The notes beneath the pieces are model-generated. The model was given only the letters and a program-made list of their open reading frames with translations, was not told the DNA's origin and ran no database searches. The position numbers and the translations under genes were made by a program. A stretch of DNA of 61,416 bases, counting the filler, from Dugesia japonica (Eukaryota): the NCBI GenBank assembly GCA_001938525.1. It is 6 parts of 6 records of this genome, joined end to end, with 100 filler letters (N's around TTAATTAATTAA, not from the genome) between each part and the next. Parts side by side here need not be neighbours in the genome. Positions count along the whole stretch, not along the records: positions 31,866 to 44,085 come from MQRL01611403.1; positions 44,186 to 52,874 come from MQRL01620609.1; 4 more parts are not named here. One strand, 5' to 3'. Within the stretch, counting starts at the first letter, position 1; each line of letters starts with the position of its first letter. Of the stretch, positions 35,601-47,510 are shown one piece after another.

Positions 35601-38064
35601 NNNNNNNNNNNNNNNNNNNNNNNNNNNNNNNNNNNNNNNNNNNNNNNNNNNNNNNNNNNNNNNNNNNNNNNNNNNNNNNNNNNNNNNNNNNNNNNNNNNN
35701 NNNNNNNNNNNNNNNNNNNNNNNNNNNNNNNNNNNNNNNNNNNNNNNNNNNNNNNNNNNNNNNNNNNNNNNNNNNNNNNNNNNNNNNNNNNNNNNNNNNN
35801 NNNNNNNNNNNNNNNNNNNNNAACTCATCGGATTATCAACATCAAAATTCAACTCCATAAAATTTATTTCAAATAAAAACTATAAACATAAATTTACTTT
35901 TTTCAAGCAAATTTAAAAATTCATATTTAAAAGCGAAAAATATTAAATATCAGCAGTTGTTAAAATTTTTAATATTAAAGCTTTATTAGCAAATTTTTAA
36001 ATACACCAAAAATATTAAATTTATTTATTTACTTTTATATTTTATTATATTCGAAATATTTTTTAAATTTTGAAGCTTTTATTACCTAATTTTAAAATAT
36101 ATTAAAAATATATTTTATTTATTTACTTATATATTTTATTCTTCTGATATAAATTTCAAATACAAATTTGACATTATTAAATTTCACCTTAAAACACAAA
36201 AAATTTAAATCTGTTTTAAAACATCTTATAATTATAATATGGAATGTACTAATGAAAAAAATAATGCGAGAAAATAATAAAATAATTAGAGAATAATTAA
36301 TCGAAAATGGTAACTGAACATTTTCAAAAAAAAAATTGTATTAAGTTTTTCATAAAAANNNNNNNNNNNNNNNNNNNNNNNNNNNNNNNNNNNNNNNNNN
36401 NNNNNNNNNNNNNNNNNNNNNNNNNNNNNNNNNNNTTAATTAAATTTCTATTTAGAACTGCAAATTTCAAGGAAAATGCCAAAATTTTTGATTTTACTTT
36501 TGATAATGAACCAATAGATGAAAGTATTTCATTTCAAATTGAATGGGATGATAATGACAGTACTGAATCAAAAAATGAGAATAATAATGGCTATCTTGAT
36601 TCATTTTCTAATAGCGTAATGGATGTAATGTGTCTGCAATATAAATTTATGATTTGCTTAAAATTAATTTCTGAAGAATTATGCACTCTTGCTACTGGAA
36701 TTGAAGTATTTTGATTATTTATTATTATTTATTTTAATCTATAGTCACATGGATCATATCTTCGATATCATCTTTACTCTTGGTTGGAAAAAGAAGTTCA
36801 AGTTCTTCGAAATTTATGTTCCTGTTCCTCTAATTATGAGAGTGAGATTATTAAATAGATATATTACAAAAATATTACTTTTTAGATGATAATGTAAAAT
36901 TATTGTTTGATGAAAATTCCAAATTTTCAATTAAAGAACGTGTTTTGCTTCGAAAACAATGGCTTAAAGTTCTTAATTCTATTGTCTAATAATAAAAATA
37001 ATTCGAAAATATTTAGACGAATCAATCTCTTATTATCAATCTTTACAGTTTTTGTTCTTTACATGGACAAAATATTGTTGGACTAGCAGCCATTAGAATG
37101 GAGCTTTTAATTTTAATACAAGAACTCCAAGGTAATAACTGTATCCATTTTGATTCTTGCTTAGATTCACATTCAAGCGTGAATCTTCCGTTTGTTATTT
37201 CATCCATTTCTCCAGATAGTGGTTTAATCATAACACCTATTCAGCAACTGAATGTTAGATTTACTATTAAATATATGTTAAATTTAACCTGAAATTTAGA
37301 TATTTATTCTCGAAATTGTAGATTGTATTCATAGTTTTAAATGTCCATTTTCATTTATATATCATCATTCATTCCACTGTAATAATAAATCAGAAAAAGA
37401 AACTAATGAAAATAAAAGTAAAATTAAACTGTTGAGAAACCAATGTCAATCACTGTCAGCTTGTCTACATCAGTGTTTATCTAATTTTACTGGAATTAAA
37501 AACAATGAAAATTTTAATTATGATAAAAAAAGGAGACCTAGACAGAGTAATTGAAATTACTTAGTTAAAATTTCAATTTTTGATTAGGTTCGACTAGTGT
37601 TATTTATTCTGCTGATAGTGATATTCAATTACGTTCCAAATATTTGTCAGAATTAGATAACAATCAGAAACATATTCCTAATTCTGATCCTATTAAATGG
37701 CCTGGTTTGTCAGATTTAATAAATTGAAATAATTATTTTTTTATAAATAGGTCACGTAAATCTGTTTAAAATTATTGGATCTAAAACCAACAACAATATT
37801 ACCAATTTTAGTCACATGTTAGCTGAAGCTTTAGTTGCGGTGTATACCGGCATTTTAATTTATGCTCTTCATCTAAATGATTCTAATTTATTATATCGAT
37901 TAATTACTATAGATTTTAACAAGTAAAAATTATTTATATTGGATTTTATCGTTATTTTTAAGAAATTTATGGGGGAAAATCTTTGGTGGAACTTTTAGGC
38001 AGAAACCAGAGCGTCCTACTGGGCCTCCTACTGGTAGTCCTGGAAGTAACAGGGAATCTTCAAA
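32682..38064 (+). CDS. DMXL: DmX-like / Rabconnectin-3A, internal multi-exon portion (Rav1p_C region)
   Basis: IPPLPLYMLL, LPGLSALDQ, MDECGLRFLLAM, WGFHSE, GCGWWIRN, AIFYLAM, KRRFDHAVALFLL, DIQLALIISRLY, ERRLYFRTA...GCPDLALEVLSKLP, ELCTLATG, WLEKEV, AIRMELLILIQE; about 17 GT-AG exons. Confidence 0.92.
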
Positions 38065-38864
38065 AGTGTAAGATAATTTACTTTTTTAAATTACCTTATT
38101 AAATGTAATGTAATTATTAAATGTATATTTTACAAAAATATTACCTTTTAAAAATATTGTTGAATGAAAGATCCTAATATTCTTTTTATTTTTTTAATGC
38201 ATTCAGACTAATGCACACTTATTTTGATGATATGTTAAATTATTATTTTATATAAATTATAAAATTTATCATTTTTAAATTAAACAGCCAATTTGTTTTA
38301 ATTGTCGAAATTCAAAAACATACCGGACTATTTATCTAAATGTCATGGTTATAAATAACCTGGCTTCCCAATTTATATATTTTCATCATTGGTTTTAAAC
38401 AAAGATTTTAACATATTGTTTCCATATATAAAGAAAATAGGTTTGGATATTAATCAAAATTATTGATATTTTCGATTTTAAAAATAATGTTTAGTCTAAG
38501 GATTTAGTCTATAGATTTAGTCTTTTTCAAACTTTTACTAATAAGTAAAAACTTACCTAATTAATCTAACAAAGCAACAATCTTACATAAATATTTTTTT
38601 TCAAATTAATATTATTTTTAAAAAATTATTTTAAAATGGTCTTTAAGGCTATCGAGTTACTGTGTCATAAAATCGGCGTTATTACTTGAAACTCACTGAA
38701 TCGGCTATAATTTATACAACGTGCATTTTTAATAATAAAATTAAGAGCATAAACTTTCTTGATGTAATTAAAATGTTTTGTTTTCTTTATTTTTTAATGG
38801 TGTTTTAAAGTTAAAATAGGCAAAGGCATTTTGCGAACTTTATTGAAAAAATAACTTTTGAAAA

Positions 38865-39110
38865 AGAAAAGTTTCGGCACGTTTTGTTCCTAAAGTCATC
38901 ACTAGTGAGGCGAAGATGGCGAGACAAAATTGTTGAGGAGTTTCTTGAAACCATTTATCCAAATCCATATTTTATTGGAAAAATTTAAATAGTGAGGAAA
39001 CTTGGGCCTTTTCCTAAAAACCTGTAATCAAAATACAAAACATGGAATGGTGAGGGAAATTTTCACCAGCGAAAAAGGTCGCTAGGCTGTCAAAATCTAT
39101 TATGATTAAA
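38865..39110 (+). mobile_element. mariner transposase fragment
   Basis: KVSARFVPKV...EETWAF...MEW....SPAKK. Confidence 0.75.
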
Positions 39111-39189
39111 TATAGAGGTTAAGAAATTTAGTAGCTAATGNNNNNNNNNNNNNNNNNNNNNNNNNNNNNNNNNNNNNNNNNNNNNNNNT

Positions 39190-39420
39190 TTTTTTCGAGT
39201 CAAGACCATGAGTTTAATGTTGATTTTATAACCTTCAATGAATCCCTTAAATTATCCCTATGTATTTTTGTTATGGACAACGTTCCTTTCCATAAATGTT
39301 CAAAAATAAGAGAATTTATTTAATCCAAAAATCATCAAATACGCTTTCTACCACCATAAACTTCCCAATTTAATACAATTATAAAAATGTTGCAGAATGG
39401 AACAATAATATAAGAAGAGA
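39190..39420 (+). mobile_element. Tc1/IS630-type DDE fragment
   Basis: FVMDNVPFHK...IRFLPP*TSQFNTI. Confidence 0.75.
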
Positions 39421-40949
39421 AAAATCCAGTTGCTATGATGAATTCATGTTTGTTAGAATTGCTGTTTCTTAAATTTAGAGAATTCATAATAATATAATCT
39501 AAAACCAATTTCAAAATTTATATATTTTTAAAAATTCTTAAAGCAATTACAATATTAAAACAACCCACTCTTCTGAGGATTTTGTAATTCTCTTGTAATT
39601 TAATAAAAATTGATTCATGATACATAAAATGCAAACATTTGAAATTTATTTACAAACCATTTTTGATTTAAAATCATTACTTTATCAAACTCATTTTAAT
39701 TATGTTTATTATTTTTAAATTTGTTAATCTCACAATATCTACGATAAATAATAGATGTGATTACTTCGGTCGATTGTGCTGGATTTTTTCGTAATATGCT
39801 TAAATAGATAAGAAATATTGTATAAATGCTTGAATTAAATTTAGTTTTCTTTTATTATCATTCTTTTGTTATATTTTTAAATTTGTCACTTTATATTTTT
39901 TAAACAAATATTAACTTTATTAATTTGGGACATTCAAATCATAAAATATCACAATTTCTCAAAAATGGGATTCTATATTTTTTTCAAAAATTTGATTAAG
40001 TTTTAGAATTTCCAAATTTATTTTTAATCTAGCCATCATTATTTCTGTCAATATATATTTGTCAACTACAATATAATAAGTTCTGAATGTTGCAATTATT
40101 CATTTCTAATGTTTCCTTATATTCCTAGCTATATTACAGATTCTGGAAATTGTATTGATATTTTTTTTTGAATTCGCTAACGATATCTTTCTGTAAATAT
40201 TTAAATTATTGACTTTCATTAAGGTTAAATTTTCATCACTAATCTTAATTCTGAAAATGTATATTTAATAATAACATTAATAGAATTCAAACTGATAAAA
40301 TTTTATTTTTTCTTACTAAAATAAAAATATTGGATTTCACATTTTAAAATGTGGAATATTCTTTTTGATGCCCCATTCACAAATGAAATAGGGCTGAAAC
40401 TAATCACGTATTTCAACGTTTCAATCGAAAAAAATTTGTGTCATCTATTCTAAGTAATTTATTAGGAAATGATAATTATGTAATTATTATTCATAGATGT
40501 AATAATAATTCAATAGAAAAAATTGTCTTGGTGTTTGTCACGTGTTTTACGTGAATAAGTTTTTAATTTAAATGAGAATTCAAACATAATTTACAATTAG
40601 TTCATGCATTACTTTTAAAGTAATTCTTGGACTTTTATTTTATGCAATGTGTAATTTTACACTTCAATATGTAATCTATTTTTTTATTATTACTTAAAAA
40701 TTCAGACGAGAAATAACTTTCGCAATAATTTAGATAAATATCTATTTCATGAATCTTTGAAGAAAAGTTATTCTAATAATATTTTTATTTTTAGAAAAAA
40801 AGAAAGTGGAAATCAAATAATACAAGGTAATTTATTTTAAAATATATATGTATTTAAAGTAGGCATGTCCAACTTCGTCGTGATCGCGGGCCGGAAAATA
40901 AATATTATATTTATCACCTGACTTATTAGACTTGAAAATCGAATTAAGC

Positions 40950-41900
40950 ATAAAATATATTTATTATGGCAAAAATGACACTAACAAATATACATAGGTT
41001 TTGAGGAATCGGTATATTTTATTATACACACTCATACATTCAATCATGTGTTCACCTATTATTAAATACATATTACTCTTTCAAAAATACAAAGTTCAAT
41101 ATAGAATTATTATAAAATTCTTAGTCATCTCACATTCCCCCTTTTTAGAGTGTTTTAACCATTCAATATTTTTTCAATATTATTTTTTACAATATTAATG
41201 GGTTACAGCATTAATGGGTTTTAAATTAAAACTACTATCATGTATTTTGTCTATAATTATTGCTGGTTCTTCATATCTGTTTTCATTTTTATGAAAACCT
41301 TTTTTAATTAAAACTACGTCATCAATATTAAATTTTCTGATTTTATTTTTCTTTTCTAAATATTTTGAATTCTCAGTCATTTAAACTGCTTATAATTCCT
41401 TTACGCTTTAAATTTCTTTCATTTGAATTTTTTAATCATTTCTAGCAATTCATTCTTTGTATAAATTTTTCCCAAAAACTATTTCAGCAGGAGATACATT
41501 TGTCGCTCTCTGAATTGTGTATTTTCCTGTACTTCCTTATCCTATAAACTAATATGAATTGTATCTCTTATAGTTCGAAATTGTCATTCAATTATTCCAT
41601 TAGTAATGATATTAATACTATAAAACAATAACCTAAATTTAGATAAAAAATCAATTTCTGCAATAACCTTGGGAGAAATGATTTTTGCTACATACAACTT
41701 AATAGATTCTGTTTGATTATTAAGTGTAATTTTTAATATATTACTTCCTATTATTTTCAATTGACATTCATTAGTACAAGTAACATTAATATATTCACTT
41801 TAAATTTTAGTAATATTTAATTTTCAAAATATTACATAATCAATCACATAAGTCTTAACACCAGTATGAAGTAAACAATCGTTATTTATTTTTAATTTTA
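40950..41900 (-). mobile_element. Gypsy remnant: protease piece, integrase C-terminus, PPT and start of 3' LTR
   Basis: RATNVSPAEIVFGK, RKFNIDDVVLIK, RYEEPAII; AAAAAGGGGGAA followed by TGTGAG at ~41134. Confidence 0.65.
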
Positions 41901-42159
41901 AAAATGTTCTTCATGGCATTTTATGATAAACAATCTTAACTTATTTATTATTTGTTAAATTTACATTATTTAAATCCTTATTTAAAACTGAAGCATCATT
42001 AGAAATTAAAATGTTATCTTTAAAATATACATTTTTATATTCTATAGTTATCATCAATCAACAAATAGTTACATTCATTCAAGCAAAATAAATCATTTAA
42101 TTTTTTATAATTTTCATTAATTACATCAAACAATCATTCACAAGCATTCATATCATAAA

Positions 42160-42720
42160 AAAGTGGGATGATAATCAGGAAGGTTACAGAAAAAGTATAC
42201 AAGTTCTTGAAGAGGGAAGATTTTGTGAAGTTGGAGGGGTTGGAACAATTGAAGCAGAACAGAAAATAAATTTTTCGTACCATAAATTGCAAGGCAAACC
42301 AAATGTTACTGTATCAATTCATGGAAATNNNNNNNNNNNNNNNNNNNNNNNNNNNNNNNNNNNNNNNNTAAAGTTGAATGTCTTTTAGATACAGGGGGTC
42401 GAATTAACGTTATAAGTTTGAGTTGTTTTAATAAGACCTACATTACAAGACCTACATTTAGAAATGAGTGATGATAAATTGTGTTGTGCAAACGATTTAT
42501 CACTGGAGATTGTTGTGAAAGTTAGAACTAAAGTGGAAATTGATGAAGTTTACATTTCTTAGTTGCAGAAAGAGTGACAAATCTGATGGGAGGAATTTAT
42601 ATATACATAAGACCTNNNNNNNNNNNNNNNNNNNNNNNNNNNNNNNNNNNNNNNNNNNNNNNNNNNNTTTGTAATATTGAAGAAAAATTTGGGAGACAAA
42701 TTAAAAAGGGAGTAATTAAC
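42160..42720 (+). mobile_element. LTR retrotransposon aspartic protease fragment
   Basis: KVECLLDTGGRINVIS. Confidence 0.7.
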
Positions 42721-43450
42721 AAGAGCTTTAAATACTCTGAATGTTACAGGCGATCAACGGTTATCAGCTATTCTATCGGTTGTTTTACCATAAAGTAATG
42801 CTTGATCATCCATTTGTCTATTACAAATTAATTCGATAAAAACAATAATCTATTGTAATTTTGCATAAATCCAAATAAATGTTTTAATTCAAAATATCCT
42901 TAAAATTTTTTTAATTAAATTATACATTTTTTCTTTTATAGGGCAGTTTTTTTCAATAAAGTCAATTGCATCTTAAATCACTCAAAATTTAATAATATGT
43001 AAAAAAATTTTTGACTACATATAAACATATTATTTTTAAATTTATAAAGTCAAAATTTTTTTCAAAAGGTCAAAAATATTTTTGACCAGTCAAATTTTCA
43101 AAAATTAATCTACGTCACACGATAAAAAATCAACAATTTTTAATTAAATACACTAAATTGTATATAATAATATACTGTCAGTAATTATCATTGGTAATTC
43201 TTCAATAGTGAAATGATGCCAAAAGCCATTTTTAAAAATTTAAAATTTGTAACGATTTTTTTATGATATCAACAAATATTATGCGTTGGGCACAATATTT
43301 TTGTGATAACTCTATAAAAACCCGTTGCTAAAACAATAAATACACAACATTTAAACGAAATATCACTAATTTTACTCACAAAAAACAACCTATAAAACAC
43401 GTACTAAATGAGGTTGAGATCTGCTTTTGCTATCAAGACTGCATATTTTC

Positions 43451-43451
<1 letters not shown>

Positions 43452-43503
<52 letters not shown>
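43452..43503. repeat. (ATT)n microsatellite
   Basis: Direct inspection. Confidence 0.95.
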
Positions 43504-43505
<2 letters not shown>

Positions 43506-43901
43506 CATATTGGATTTTTTAGTCATTTATGAATTAATATTTTTAATATTTAGTTTCTCCAAGCATGCCTAGAAATAGATTGTATTCTCGTTTATCACCT
43601 CCTATTAATATAAAAACTCAGTCACTAGATGAAAGGTTCATTCCTCCACTATGTCCTATTTTAACATGTCTACTAGAAAAAGTAAATACTATATTTGAAT
43701 ATTGCTAAATTTCTAGTATTTTCATAAACCATCTTTTTGTAATTGTTATAAATTTTTCATTTTATTTTTATAATTACTAAGTTAACCTTCATCTCCGATA
43801 GTAATTTTAGTTTTATTTATATATGATATCGTTTAAAAACGAAATATCTTGATAAAATATCTTTTCAATAATGTTTGGTTTATAAGTGAAAATAAACTTA
43901 C

Positions 43902-44085
43902 TTGTGCTCATCATGTCATCTATTAGAGTAGATAGTTCCACACTGCCACAAACCCCACTCCAGGTTAGAAAATTCTTTGGCAGAAATTTTATTGGTCGCC
44001 CACATGTTTCCTGTGATTTAATTGGTCGAAATATTTTTTGTGCAATTACGTAATTTGTGGCAGTAATACTGCAGTTTGATTGGTA
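43902..44085 (-). CDS. Possible exon of an unidentified gene
   Basis: Open frame (YQSNCSITATNYVIAQKIF...WSGVCGSVELSTL) ending at a GTAAGT donor. Confidence 0.35.
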
Positions 44086-44185
44086 NNNNNNNNNNNNNNN
44101 NNNNNNNNNNNNNNNNNNNNNNNNNNNNNTTAATTAATTAANNNNNNNNNNNNNNNNNNNNNNNNNNNNNNNNNNNNNNNNNNNN
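44086..44185. other. Artificial contig-joining linker
   Basis: N-TTAATTAATTAA-N. Confidence 0.95.
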
Positions 44186-44330
44186 CCATTTTAATAAATG
44201 CATAAAATTTTGACTTTATAGTCTACATAAATATTTTACTAAATTTTAATTAATAGTCAAGTGAAATTAAAAAATCAAAATAATTAAATATGAAAAGTTA
44301 TTGCTTTTTAAATTATTGGATATTATATTA

Positions 44331-44870
44331 TCAAATATCTATTTTACTTGTTGATTTTGTTTTTGGTATATTATTCATCAAAATAGAAGTTTTTGTGGTG
44401 ACATTTTCAAATATCTTTTTGGTAACATTTAGTTTTATCTGTCTTGAAGTAATACCTTCATAAGAACAATACCATTCCCCATTTATTCTTTTTAAGTTTT
44501 CAACATCAATAGTATACTGAAATCTTACATAGTCACTTCCTTCAGCTTTTTTTTCACAAAGAGTTATATACTTCAGTTCAGAAGGTATCAAGCAATTTTC
44601 TTAAAACTGACAGTCATAACTGCAATAAAAAATTATTAAAATACCATTTTCATATCTACATTCTGGATTACAATTAAAATAACATATATCTGCATCTAAA
44701 AGGGGACAATGCAAACGAATTCCTGATACGCCTTTGTCATCAGATACAATACATGTGATTCTGACCAAAGAGGGTGAAATTGCATCTTGTTCGATGAAAA
44801 GACTTTTTGTAGCCACGACTTCTTTATAAATTATGAATATCAATGTTACAGTTATTAATCTATGGCACAT
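44331..44870 (-). CDS. Secreted/surface Cys-rich Ig-like protein, two exons
   Basis: Signal peptide, VRITC, GEWYCSYEG; a ~45-bp GT-AG intron at ~44600-44644 joins the two ORFs in frame. Confidence 0.7.
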
Positions 44871-45478
44871 TTGTTTTTAAAATAAAAGTCAATAATATAT
44901 TCAAATCATTTACAAATTAAATTAAATTTTTTCATATTTATTGGTGCGTAACTTAATTATGATTGGCATGGTTAAGTAATGTTTTTGAAGTAAAAAATTA
45001 TTTTGGAGAAATTATTTTAATATAGTCTTTTGATTTTATTATAAATTATTTTTGAATTTATAAAACCTATCCATTTTACTAACATTTGGTTAGATAGTCA
45101 TTTCTTTCTATTTTAATCCGCATTCTTCCAATACTGAATAAACTAAATTTATTTAATTTAAAATTTTTTAATGAAATTTGTTTTTAAAAATTTCTATTTA
45201 TTACATTAAATATATTTGTTTAAATATATACTATTTTATAGTGATTTATTTAAATAACTATGAAAACGAAGCGAGCGTTTTTTAAATTAACATTAATTTT
45301 AACTTTTAAAACGTTTTAAAACAATTTTCTCTAACAAACTCACAAAAAGAAAAATTGCTTACGTTATTTTAGAATTAAATGTATAATTGATTTAAAATTT
45401 AATTGATTATTTAATACTTATTGAATATATTCATTAATTTGTAGATTTATTTCAGAAAATAGTAATTTCTAAAATTCA

Positions 45479-45970
45479 ATGGAAATTGTAAATTTAGAAA
45501 AGATTGGAATCAAAATTATTGACAAGAATGCTAGTTTAATTTTGATTTATAAAAATGGGAAAAAACTTAAAAAACATTCTGTTAAATTAAAAGGATTTAA
45601 TGAAAATAGTAATTTAGTTGATTACCTGGATCAGTTGAAAGTTGAAAATGATCATAAAGTTTATTTTGAAAACTCATTAGATTCACAAATCTTACGTTTG
45701 TTAAGTATCGTACGAGACAGATTTAAAGGACATTCATTGCAAGAAAGTATAGAGAAAAACAAAAATATTGATACGATTAATTCCGAAGAAGATTTGAATG
45801 TTGTTGATGAAGAAATTTTAGTACGTAAAAAAGCAGTTATGGAAGAAACGTTTATTTCAAACCAGAAAAAGCCTTCAGATCCTGATTTTCAATATGATAT
45901 TGTTAAAGAATTTGATAGCGTTATTGAATCCAATAACTGGGACTCGGACGATAATGATTCGGGATTTTAA
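45479..45970 (+). CDS. CEP19: Centrosomal protein of 19 kDa
   Basis: GIK...LILIY, EEDLN.VD...RKKAVMEETF..NQKKPSDPDFQYDI..EF...WD. Confidence 0.88.
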   Translation: MEIVNLEKIGIKIIDKNASLILIYKNGKKLKKHSVKLKGFNENSNLVDYLDQLKVENDHKVYFENSLDSQILRLLSIVRDRFKGHSLQESIEKNKNIDTINSEEDLNVVDEEILVRKKAVMEETFISNQKKPSDPDFQYDIVKEFDSVIESNNWDSDDNDSGF

Positions 45971-46327
45971 TGAGATAATATCCGCGATTTACGAAACAAT
46001 ATTTGTATTTTCAGTTAAAGATTTTATAGAATCATGCTTTTATTGAGATCGATTTGTTTTTTATAAATTTCATTGATTTTTTCGATTGATTTTTCGATTG
46101 ATTTATTGATTGATTTTTTCAATTGATTTATCGATAAGTTTTTCTAAGAATTATTAATTTGTCTTACAACTGGTTGTTTTAATTTTGAACACATATTAGG
46201 ATAAAATTTGATTTTTCCTGTCAATTAAGGATTCATGGTAAAATTAACAAATTACATTTGCATATTGATTGATACATTCACACCTCACTTTACAGGCTTC
46301 ATTCTTTCCAAGAAAGTTCTAAGTAAA

Positions 46328-47510
46328 AGACTGTCCATTAATTATGTCAAACTTTCAATGACCCCTCCCCCACCAATACAATTATGCCAACAAATGTTTA
46401 CCCCCCCCACAAATATTTTAATTAATTTTCTTTTGATTAATTAAATTTATTGTTAAAAAATTTTTTACGTCAATAATACTTGGTACCCTCCTCATCTTTG
46501 TCAACCATTTTTTTCAGTGACCTCCCCCCCAATAAAATTATGCCAGCAAATGTTTACCCTCCTACAAATTAACAATATTTTAAATTAAAGAACACAATTA
46601 GTCGTAAATTTGAAATACTAACAAAAAATTAAATCATAAAAAGAACAAGATTTTGATCGAAGCTTTTATTTTAATGAAATCTCATATACGATCAATGGTC
46701 ACGTTCAACAATTATTCTCTCAATAAATCTTGTAATTGTAAAATTCTTTTGATTTATTAAATTTATCTCAAAAAAAAAATTTTTACGTCAATTAATACTG
46801 AATATCCTCCTCTTTGTCAACAATATTCAATCTTTCAGTGATTCCCATAATAAAATTATGTCAACAAATGTTGAACCTTCCCAACAAATTAACAATATTT
46901 TAATTAAGTTTCTTTTGATTTATTAAATTTATTAAATCGTAAAAAAGTACGACTGACAACAATCACCAATTCTATATGGGTTTAACCGTCATTATTCATT
47001 GAAGTAATATGAAGATTTTTGATTTACGTTGTGAAATAAGGGGAAACTTACTGAATTTTGTATTTTCAAAAAACCAATGTTTTATTAACAATAATTTAGT
47101 AATAGTAATTGAATTAAGAAAACCGAACAATGATAAAAGCTGTTATTTTTTCATAAAACAAACAACATAATCATAAATTCACCAATAACCTCATTAATAA
47201 TATCCAAAATTATCTACTTGTCTACAACAAATCAAATTAAACTTAAGTTCGTTTTTAAAATCAGAATTTTTGAGAACTTATCAATAATTTGCAGAAGCGG
47301 CTGTCCATTAACCATGTCAACAATTGTCAGGTCATTTTTAACTTCGTCCCTTTTCAATAACTGTCAAAGCACAAGTTACTTCAATAATAAAATTATGTCA
47401 ACATTTGTTTACCCTCTCTATCAAATTAACTAATTTTTTTTGATTTAATAAATTTATCGTTACAAAGTTTTTAACGTCAATTAATCTTGAAGATATAATT
47501 AATGAACAGT
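46328..47510. repeat. Cluster of modular MITE-like repeats
   Basis: AAATTATGYCAACAAATGTTTACCC-like motif at ~46380, 46535, 46853 and 47390; CTGTCCATTAA starts at ~46331 and ~47301 with an inverse-like end near 47505. Confidence 0.7.

Noticed and set aside
35539-35916. ORFs spanning N runs (also 47502-47822 and 52078-52324)
   Set aside because: Open only because of Ns.
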